Shown: piece after piece, positions 57,379 to 64,000 of the stretch
Numbering within the stretch: position 1 is the first letter of the stretch
How the letters are laid out: every line of letters starts with the position of its first letter
Source: Clostridia bacterium
GTDB lineage: Bacteria > Bacillota > Clostridia > UMGS1883
Assembly: GCA_045545055.1 (NCBI GenBank)
Contig: JAZQAB010000070.1
Span: 131 to 64,130, forward strand
Reading direction: 5' to 3'
DNA length: 64,000 bases
The notes under the pieces: generated by a model
The model's input: the letters and a program-made list of their open reading frames with translations, nothing else
What the model was told of the DNA's origin: nothing
Databases searched by the model: none
Position numbers and translations under genes: made by a program

Positions 57379-57993
57379 ATGCAGCATCAGAACACAGAAT
57401 ATTATAAATACATACTCAATTTCATTGAAGATTATAAAAGCAAGTTCGGAGAGTCTCCCTCATCACGAGAGATAGGAGAAGCATTGGGGATGCCAAAATC
57501 CACTCTTTCCAGGTATCTTGCCACAATGCGTAAAAACGGAATGCTTGAAATTGCGAATGCCCGTAACATCACTTTAAGCAAGAATAAACCACAGCAGGAA
57601 ATTGTCAATGCCCCGTTAGTTGGCAAGGTTGTATGTGGATTGCCTCAATATGCAGAAGAAAATGTACAGGAGCTTATCCCCTTTCCTGCTGCATATCTTG
57701 GTAAAGGCACATTCTTCGTACTTGAAGCTGATGGTGAATCAATGATTGAGGCAGGGATCGAACCCGGAGATTTGATTGTTGTACGTCAGCAAGCCACCGC
57801 AAATCCCGGAGATATCGTTGTAGCGTTAACAAGCACAACTGATTCTACTGCAACATTGAAACGCTATTATCCGGAACCAAAGATAAAGAAAATTCGATTG
57901 CACCCCGAAAACAGTGAAATGGAAGATCAGTATTATGATGATGTTATCATTCAGGGTGTTGCAATAAGGGTTTTGAAAAATGTAGAACAATAA
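57379..57993 (+). CDS. lexA: LexA-family self-cleaving repressor (S24 peptidase)
   Basis: N-terminal LexA wHTH (SSREIGEALGMPKSTLSRYLATMRKNGML). Cleavage-site region GKVVCGLP (Cys-Gly). Ser motif DGESMIEAGI. Lys motif ATLKRYY. Confidence 0.85.
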   Translation: MQHQNTEYYKYILNFIEDYKSKFGESPSSREIGEALGMPKSTLSRYLATMRKNGMLEIANARNITLSKNKPQQEIVNAPLVGKVVCGLPQYAEENVQELIPFPAAYLGKGTFFVLEADGESMIEAGIEPGDLIVVRQQATANPGDIVVALTSTTDSTATLKRYYPEPKIKKIRLHPENSEMEDQYYDDVIIQGVAIRVLKNVEQ

Positions 57994-58034
57994 GAAAAGA
58001 GGCTTCCATATTATATATTCAGGAGGTCAGGAGC

Positions 58035-58268
58035 ATGAAAAAGAAATTTCAGGAAAGAGAAGAAAAGATTCAGGCTGTTTATGCTATGATTAAAGATGCA
58101 TACGTTCAGCGTCGATATCCACCGTCTATCAGAGAAATCTGTCAGGAGCTTGGCATCAACTCGACCAGTACAATACATGCATATCTTACAGAACTTGAAA
58201 ACAGAGGGTTGATTATTGTACATCGTGGCGTAAACAGAGGCCTTATACTTGCTAAAAATGCAGTATAA
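58035..58268 (+). CDS. LexA DNA-binding-domain-only protein (77 aa)
   Basis: PPSIREICQELGINSTSTIHAYLTELENRGLI is a LexA-type wHTH. There is no S24 domain. Confidence 0.68.
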   Translation: MKKKFQEREEKIQAVYAMIKDAYVQRRYPPSIREICQELGINSTSTIHAYLTELENRGLIIVHRGVNRGLILAKNAV

Positions 58269-58302
58269 CCAAGAAATATTGAAAATGACAGGAGTGAAAT
58301 AG

Positions 58303-59037
58303 ATGAATAAACGAGTCCCACGTTTTCGCAATGTAGAAATTGATGAAATCTGCGAATGTCTTATCCGACAGCATAAGGGGAAGGCTTATGACACCCAACC
58401 CGTAGATATTGTAGACTTTGCAATTAATTACTTCAAGCTGAAGCTGATGTATGTTTCAATTGCAGAAAATGATCCGAATAAGCTCTCTTTTCTTGGCGAT
58501 GGTGTTACAGCAATCAAAGTATACTATCAGGGGAAAATTCAGTCTGTTTTGATTCCCGAAAAGACAATACTGCTGGATAAAGTTCTGAAATATCCGCATG
58601 AACGCAGTAGAAGATACTTCTGTATCGCCCATGAGGTCTTTCATTACATCGAATCTATTCTTACGAATTCACCTGTTGTTTCTGCTTATCACAGGGAGTT
58701 TGACAATAAGATGGAATATCCGTTGAAAGACCTTTCGGAAATGATGAGTTTCAGAGAATGTCAAGCTGACAGGGGTGCGGCAGCATTGCTGATGCCCTCA
58801 GCCCTTGTAAGAAATACCTGCCTGCAGTTTACCGACGGACGAAGTATATGCGTCTTCGGTGAAAATGTCTTTACATCGAAAGATAAAGAAATCCTACAGG
58901 ATATGGCAGAATATCTTGGTGTATCATACACCGCACTTACCATACGAATGAAACAGCTGAAGCTGCTTGAAAGGCATAGACTCGACGAATATATATCCAA
59001 CGAGCTTCATCTGAATAATGGGAAAGCTGGTGGATAA
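58303..59037 (+). CDS. ImmA/IrrE-family (M78-like) metallopeptidase
   Basis: FCIAHEVFHYI is an HExxH motif with a downstream ECQADRGAAALLMP segment typical of DUF955/ImmA. Confidence 0.78.
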   Translation: MNKRVPRFRNVEIDEICECLIRQHKGKAYDTQPVDIVDFAINYFKLKLMYVSIAENDPNKLSFLGDGVTAIKVYYQGKIQSVLIPEKTILLDKVLKYPHERSRRYFCIAHEVFHYIESILTNSPVVSAYHREFDNKMEYPLKDLSEMMSFRECQADRGAAALLMPSALVRNTCLQFTDGRSICVFGENVFTSKDKEILQDMAEYLGVSYTALTIRMKQLKLLERHRLDEYISNELHLNNGKAGG

Positions 59038-59294
59038 TGATCGAATCAATGAATGATGAGATTTTTGAAAAACTGGAAATCTCAAAAGCAGAGGTCGCAA
59101 CGCTGACCAAAAGAGATATACTTTGTCCGAATTGTAATTTCCGTATTTCTACTGTATTTGCAGATGCACGTGGACATATGCAGGTAAAGTGTAAAAAATG
59201 CAAGAATGAATATATTCTTAATTTTGCCTATTTCCGCACATTTGGACACAGCAGAGATCAGGACTTTACAGTATATCTTACTAAAATTGAATAA
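59037..59294 (+). CDS. zinc-ribbon protein (Com-like)
   Basis: ATGA overlap with the previous gene. CPNC-N21-CKKC four-Cys ribbon. Confidence 0.55.
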   Translation: MIESMNDEIFEKLEISKAEVATLTKRDILCPNCNFRISTVFADARGHMQVKCKKCKNEYILNFAYFRTFGHSRDQDFTVYLTKIE

Positions 59295-59590
59295 TAACTA
59301 TTACGATTTTTAATCGTGCAAGCGGAGAAGATTCATTAGAATCAGGCTGCCAAGCGCCGTACGAAACCGGATAGACAAGTTATAGTTACGCTATAGCTAT
59401 GTCTGTTTGTTTCTGCGGCGTTTTTTATTTGCACGATGGTTTCGTATAGCGTTAAAAGTCCTTTCTTCGTTTGACGAGGAAAGGACTTTTTTATGTTATT
59501 CACCTACCCTTGGCTGTGCATGACAGCAAAATATCCATAAGCCTTCGTTTTGATTCAACCAACAACAAGAAATCAAAACGGAGGTATAAC

Positions 59591-60109
59591 ATGAGCGTTA
59601 AGTATTTTGAATACAACACAAATCCAAACGGCGAAAAATACATGGAAGTAACCATGGAAGAATTCCAGAGAGATGTTATGGAAACCGAAGGAAGGTATTA
59701 CATTTCGTTTGGCACTTCTGTATTGGAATGCAGCTACGAGGATTATAAAAAAAATGATAAAGAAAAGAATCATTCTGACTATATCAGCAAAGATGCAAGT
59801 GGAAAGAAACCTGTGGTCATTTCCTTTGAGCAATACCGACTTGAAAAAGGTCAGGATATAACAGAAGTGATTGAGGACACAAACGTCAACGTCGAAAGCG
59901 AGTGTTATGAAAAATACCAATATGAGTTGCTTTACAAAGCACTTGCACAGCTTGATGAAGATGAACTTGAACTTGTGAAATCACTTTATTGGAATATGCT
60001 TTCACAACGTGAAGTAGGAGAATACAGTGGTGAAACTCAACAAAGTATCAGTAAGAAAAACAAAGCAATTTTGGAGAAACTCACAAACTTGATAAATTTC
60101 AAAAAATAG
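59591..60109 (+). CDS. sigma-70 region-4-like HTH protein (ICE regulatory)
   Basis: ATG at 59591 after GGAGG. C-terminal LSQREVGEYSGETQQSISKKNKAILEKL is a region-4-type HTH. Confidence 0.55.
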   Translation: MSVKYFEYNTNPNGEKYMEVTMEEFQRDVMETEGRYYISFGTSVLECSYEDYKKNDKEKNHSDYISKDASGKKPVVISFEQYRLEKGQDITEVIEDTNVNVESECYEKYQYELLYKALAQLDEDELELVKSLYWNMLSQREVGEYSGETQQSISKKNKAILEKLTNLINFKK

Positions 60110-60119
60110 TTGGTTGTGA

Positions 60120-60600
60120 AAACTCAATTTCATTGCTAGAGAAATATAGAGGGGCATGAACGAGATGCTCTTCTGAGAACCTTGAAAATTGAATATCAAC
60201 ACTTCGGTACGTCGTACTCCGATGATGGATGCGTTTCCGTCAGCTGAGATCTCCATACGCCATGACCTTGAAAGAGCGAGCGAGAAAATATGCGAAGATC
60301 AGCAAAGCAGTGCCAGCTTTGTAAGGCAATGAAAGTTGGGGTAAGGTACTTCCGTAAAAAGCGGCTTGGATGTTGTAGTCCAAGAGGCCCAGATCTATGT
60401 GATTGGTAAGGACGCCAATCAGCCGAAGTTGTTCCTTTTGCCGGCGGGGGCAGGAGCAATCCTGTCAGAGAATTTCCGGCACCTTCGATTTGAAGGAAAG
60501 TGTTGCTGCGTGTAGCAGCAGTGAAGTCACCCGGATGGGGTGGCATAAAGGTAAAACGACCTATAGCCGCCGTGTATAAAGCGGCGGCTGTTACATAGAA
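60120..60600 (+). ncRNA. candidate large structured RNA / leader upstream of mazF (class unknown)
   Basis: About 480 nt with no RBS-preceded plus-strand ORF and higher GC than its flanks by eye. At least 8 local hairpins, e.g. 60151-60171, 60365-60384, 60401-60420, 60440-60480 (enclosing 60451-60464), 60482-60496, 60504-60520 and 60565-60589. Confidence 0.4.
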
Positions 60601-60610
60601 AGGATTTACT

Positions 60611-60958
60611 ATGTATAGAAAACCAAGACGAGGTGATGTGTACTTTGCCAATATGAATGGAGCATCAGGCTCTGAGCAAAGCGGTATCCGACCTGTCGTC
60701 ATCATACAGAACGATAAAGGCAACTATTATTCGGATACCACAATCGTAGCAATGGTCACATCGAAACAAAAGAAAACAACCGCAGTCCATGTAACTCTGC
60801 ACAGCAAGGATATATTCAGCAGAAAGTCCTATGTACTGACAGAACAGCTCAGAACAATTACTATCAGCAGACTTGGTAAATTTATAGGGTTACTCAGCGG
60901 AAGTGATATGCGAAAAATTGATAAGGCTCTGAAAAAAAGCCTTGGACTAAATGAATGA
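60611..60958 (+). CDS. mazF: MazF/PemK-family endoribonuclease toxin
   Basis: RRGDVYFANMNGASGSEQSGIRPVVIIQND is the classic PemK/MazF N-terminal signature. AAAGGA RBS. Confidence 0.88.
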   Translation: MYRKPRRGDVYFANMNGASGSEQSGIRPVVIIQNDKGNYYSDTTIVAMVTSKQKKTTAVHVTLHSKDIFSRKSYVLTEQLRTITISRLGKFIGLLSGSDMRKIDKALKKSLGLNE

Positions 60959-62906
60959 AATGAGGAATGAAAATATGATACACTTGATAAAATATCCCCT
61001 TGATGAAACAGTAAAACGCTTCTTCAACGAATCCGCTGCAAAGGGATTTGAAATGCGTGAAGGACAAATGGAAATGGCAAACGAAATCTGTAATGCCATT
61101 ACTGAAAAAAGACCGCTTGCAGTAGAAGCGGAAGTAGGTATCGGTAAATCCTTTGCGTATCTTGTGCCTGCATTGATTCAGTTCTTCAGAGAACGCAGGC
61201 AGGTAATCATTGCAACATCTACAATTGCTTTGCAGGAGCAGTTATACCACGACGCACAGTCTGTTCTGAAAATGCTTGGTGTTCATGCAAATATAATTCT
61301 TGCAAAAGGCATGAAGAATTATGCCTGCATGAAACGAGTACATAGCTTGTACAGCCGTCATAAGGATGATATCTACTATGGTCGCTTGTGGCAGACCGTA
61401 AGAAACGGACAGCAGGATAAGGCTGAGATTACTATGAATATTTCTGATATGGAGTGGGCTAAGATCAGTATTTCCAATTTTGGAAAGGATCAGTGCAAAA
61501 GCTGTCCCTATACACGAAACTGTCAGTACCACAAAATGCGTTCTGCTCTTGTCTATGAAAGTGCAATAGTTATTTGCAATCAGAATATGCTGGTATCGCA
61601 TCTTATGAATCAGCAGAGAGGAAAAGGCTTGTTCAGCCCATCAGTCAATACTTTCATCATTGATGAAGCACATAACATCGAGAGTAAATTCAGAAGTGCA
61701 TATACCACAGCATACAGTAAATCAGACATCGTCAATGTAATAACCGATTCTGTAAAGAATACCCGAAATCCAATTTTAAAATCAAATGCCGAAGAAATCA
61801 TAATGGAACTGGAAGAATTGTTCCGTATGTTTAGAATACAGGTACAAAAGCAGGAATCCGAATCTGAGGGAGATGTGACCTCATTCTTTCTGGAAATGAA
61901 TAAGGATATCAGTGAACAGATTATTCTTATCAGAAGAAATCTTGCAACGCTGAATGCAAGGACGGAAAAGGACGCAGGAAAAATACTGCAGTTTCTGCGA
62001 GAAGTCTCCACCTATGCAAATGATAATCTTGTATGGCTTGAGAAAGATAAAAGGCTCAGACTATGCGTATGTCAGAAAGACATCCGCAAAGATATCTCAA
62101 AACTGCTCTTTTCACAAGGAAGATGTACCATTCTGACATCGGCAACGATTTCGGACAAGCAGACAGGAATGCCGAGAGAGAAGTGCAGTTATTATCTGAA
62201 CAGTATCGGATATCCTGTAATCGGAATGGTATCAGAACCGAAGAAATCCCCTTTTGATTACGATAATCACACAATGCTGTACTGTTCAAAAGGAATGCCA
62301 TATCCGAGCATTGAACACAGAAAACAATACAGGGCAGCTTCCATAGCAGAAATAGTCAAGCTCCTTGAAGTAACAAACGGCAAGACGCTGATTCTGTTCA
62401 CCTCAAAAGAAGATATGGAATATGTATACAAGAAGCTGAGTAATATGCAGCTGCCGTACAAGATACTGATGCAGAGCAAGACTTCATCGCAGGCATATCA
62501 GCTTGAGAAATTCAAGTCAGATACCAATTCCGTAATCCTCGGAACAGGAACCTATTGGGAGGGCATTAATGTAGAGGGCGAAAGCTTGTCACAGGTGATA
62601 ATATATAAACTCCCCTTCCCCGTGCCTGAACCAATTATTGACTATAAAATGTCGCTGACAGAGAACCCGATTGATGAGGTAGCAGTTCCCGAAATGGTAA
62701 TACAGCTCAAACAAGGCGTAGGCAGACTGATACGCTCCGCAAGTGATACAGGTATCGTAACAATACTTGATCCGAGAGTAAGCCTGCGAAAGGCAAAATA
62801 TGCAGATGTTGCACTTGATGCACTCTCTGTAAAAAACAGAGCTGACAGCATTGAAGAACTGCATACATTCTGGGATAAAATAACAAATGAAGGGAGTCAG
62901 AGATAA
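60951..62906 (+). CDS. DinG/XPD-like Fe-S superfamily 2 DNA helicase
   Basis: Walker A EAEVGIGKSFAY. Four-Cys cluster (C-x..-CKSCPYTRNC). DEAH box FIIDEAHN. C-terminal YWEGINV and QGVGRLIRS motifs. The start (60951, or 60975 after GAGGA) overlaps or abuts the mazF stop. Confidence 0.85.
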   Translation: MNEMRNENMIHLIKYPLDETVKRFFNESAAKGFEMREGQMEMANEICNAITEKRPLAVEAEVGIGKSFAYLVPALIQFFRERRQVIIATSTIALQEQLYHDAQSVLKMLGVHANIILAKGMKNYACMKRVHSLYSRHKDDIYYGRLWQTVRNGQQDKAEITMNISDMEWAKISISNFGKDQCKSCPYTRNCQYHKMRSALVYESAIVICNQNMLVSHLMNQQRGKGLFSPSVNTFIIDEAHNIESKFRSAYTTAYSKSDIVNVITDSVKNTRNPILKSNAEEIIMELEELFRMFRIQVQKQESESEGDVTSFFLEMNKDISEQIILIRRNLATLNARTEKDAGKILQFLREVSTYANDNLVWLEKDKRLRLCVCQKDIRKDISKLLFSQGRCTILTSATISDKQTGMPREKCSYYLNSIGYPVIGMVSEPKKSPFDYDNHTMLYCSKGMPYPSIEHRKQYRAASIAEIVKLLEVTNGKTLILFTSKEDMEYVYKKLSNMQLPYKILMQSKTSSQAYQLEKFKSDTNSVILGTGTYWEGINVEGESLSQVIIYKLPFPVPEPIIDYKMSLTENPIDEVAVPEMVIQLKQGVGRLIRSASDTGIVTILDPRVSLRKAKYADVALDALSVKNRADSIEELHTFWDKITNEGSQR

Positions 62907-63070
62907 TGAAAAAATATGGGCAAGCAGAGCTGATGTACGCACTGGTGCAGGTGTTCCTTGAAAACGAGGAACATCTTACCGAGCAGCAGAAAGCAGAGGT
63001 TGCAAAGAAAACAGCCACAGAAGTATTTGCAGAGTTTCCTTCTGCGCGAGATATGGAGGTTGCAGCATGA
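62906..63070 (+). CDS. 54-aa hypothetical protein (below the ORF-track cutoff)
   Basis: The ATG overlaps the helicase stop (TAATG). Translated by hand: MKKYGQAELMYALVQVFLENEEHLTEQQKAEV... Confidence 0.4.
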   Translation: MKKYGQAELMYALVQVFLENEEHLTEQQKAEVAKKTATEVFAEFPSARDMEVAA

Positions 63071-63186
63071 TTGGATTTATTATTGGGTGCATTGTAGGCG
63101 GTACGATTGGAGTAGTTGCCATGTGTTGCTGTATAGCAGGCAAAGAAGCGGACAAGCATATAGATTACACAGATTCCGACGAGTAA
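63067..63186 (+). CDS. 39-aa single-TM protein (DUF3789-like by memory)
   Basis: ATGA overlap with the previous ORF. MIGFIIGCIVGGTIGVVAMCCCIAGKEADKHIDYTDSDE. Confidence 0.45.
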   Translation: MIGFIIGCIVGGTIGVVAMCCCIAGKEADKHIDYTDSDE

Positions 63187-63264
63187 ATTTGTCCGGTTTG
63201 GTGATTCCAATTCACAGAGAAATGTGGTATTGTTGTAAGTAAAAAAGGAAAGGCAGGAGTAAGC

Positions 63265-64000
63265 ATGGCAACGATAACCGTGATACAACCGAGTATTATG
63301 ACCGAAACAGTGAAACGGCGAGTTGCCGCTTACTGCCGAGTCAGCTCAAGCAGCGAGGATCAGCTAAATTCTTATCAGGCACAGCTGACCTACTACAGCC
63401 ACAAGTTTGAGGATTCGGTCACAGAAGAACTTGTAGACCTGTATGCCGATGAAGGCATCACCGGTACCCGTGACGATAAGCGTGACGAGTTCCAAAGGCT
63501 CATGAAGGATTGCAGACGAGGAAAGATCGACAGAATCTACACCAAGTCCATCAGCCGATTCGCACGAAATACAAAGGACTGTCTTAAGAATATCAGAGAA
63601 CTGAAAGCTCTTGGGATTACAGTATTTTTCGAGAAAGAGAACATTGACACATCAAATATGACCGATGAAATAATGATTACAATCCTAGGTGGTTTGGCAC
63701 AAGAAGAATCGACTTCAATTTCAGCAAATATGAAATGGTCTTATCAAAAACAAATGGAAGAAGGTACTATCAACCATCATTCTGCTCCATATGGATATCA
63801 AATAAAAAATGGTGTTCTCGAAATCGTGCAGGAAGAAGCAGAAGTTGTAAGAAAAATATATGCCTTGTTTCTGAGTGGTTACGGATACATGGCTATTTGT
63901 CGGGAACTTAATAAAAGTTGTCAACCAAAAGATAAAAAAGGACATTGTTGGGCTGTTCCCGGAATTCAATACATCCTTACAAATGAAAGATACATTGGAG
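63265..64000 (+). CDS. large serine recombinase (partial, continues beyond the window)
   Basis: AAGGAAAGG RBS. RVAAYCRVSSSSEDQ catalytic Ser motif. Resolvase-domain motifs IDRIYTKSISRFARN and the E-helix. A recombinase-domain start follows (YGYQIKNGVLEIVQEEAEVVRKIY). Confidence 0.9.
   Translation, partial: MATITVIQPSIMTETVKRRVAAYCRVSSSSEDQLNSYQAQLTYYSHKFEDSVTEELVDLYADEGITGTRDDKRDEFQRLMKDCRRGKIDRIYTKSISRFARNTKDCLKNIRELKALGITVFFEKENIDTSNMTDEIMITILGGLAQEESTSISANMKWSYQKQMEEGTINHHSAPYGYQIKNGVLEIVQEEAEVVRKIYALFLSGYGYMAICRELNKSCQPKDKKGHCWAVPGIQYILTNERYIG

Larger units (their letters stand above)
5000..64000. mobile_element. integrative conjugative element (clostridial CTn/Tn1549-like T4SS, serine-recombinase type); right end outside the window
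   Basis: Contiguous relaxase, T4CP, VirB4, VirB6-like, cell-wall hydrolase, primase-like, SpoVG-like and DUF4314-like genes plus a terminal large serine recombinase. GC rises by eye relative to 1-4.8 kb. The left boundary is only bracketed to about 4.8-5.1 kb. Confidence 0.75.

Noticed and set aside
60110-60610. Tested by eye whether the structured region is a known RNA: group II intron, RNase P RNA, T-box, tmRNA, hammerhead, or a ToxI-like tandem repeat.
   Set aside because: I found no GUGYG 5' end or domain V-like GNRA hairpin with an AGC triad. I found no GAGGAAAGUCC box, no T-box sequence, no CUGAUGA/GAAA core pairing and no short tandem repeats. The identity remains open, so it is reported as an unknown candidate.
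60196-60723. 175-aa minus-strand ORF covering the non-coding region upstream of mazF.
   Set aside because: It overlaps the mazF start and RBS, is Pro/Gly/Ser-rich, and lacks an RBS. It is best explained as an open frame by chance in GC-rich structured sequence.
1-64000. CRISPR arrays, rRNA genes, and additional tRNAs or a tmRNA.
   Set aside because: No regularly spaced short direct repeats with unique spacers were seen; the repeats present are coding tandem repeats or junction modules. No rRNA-like conserved blocks were seen. Only one cloverleaf was found.

Overview
Low-GC Firmicute sequence, Ruminococcus-like because of its dockerin modules and poly-Thr linkers. Positions 1-4.8 kb look chromosomal: three secreted dockerin proteins and a tRNA-Trp(CCA). 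From about 5.0 kb to the window end there is one large integrative conjugative element (ICE) of the clostridial CTn/Tn1549-like kind. Its backbone has a VirD4 coupling protein, VirB4 ATPase, VirB6-like, PrgI-like and Maff2-like membrane proteins and an NlpC/P60 hydrolase. It also has a Toprim primase-like protein, a MobC-like protein plus a relaxase-Sel1 fusion, SpoVG-like and YodL/DUF3846-like proteins, and a class B sortase with a 1461-aa Cna-B/NlpC-P60 adhesin. A large serine recombinase gene runs off the right edge. The cargo is unusually rich. It includes two paralogous five-gene surface modules: ECF-like sigma, membrane anti-sigma candidate, LPQTG protein, small sortase and a dockerin protein. 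It also includes orphan Dcm and Dam methyltransferases, single-gene low-GC cassettes bounded by repeated terminator/promoter modules, and an IS3 remnant. Further cargo is a WYL regulator with a phase-variable Type I R-M locus (two inverted hsdS genes, a tyrosine recombinase, two inverted-repeat pairs) and two repressor/metalloprotease pairs built on LexA-type domains. The least explained stretch is a roughly 500-nt hairpin-dense non-coding region that replaces the expected antitoxin gene upstream of a MazF/PemK toxin, which is translationally coupled to a DinG-like Fe-S helicase. No CRISPR array, rRNA or intact IS was seen. All family names come from motif recognition by eye; no searches were run.
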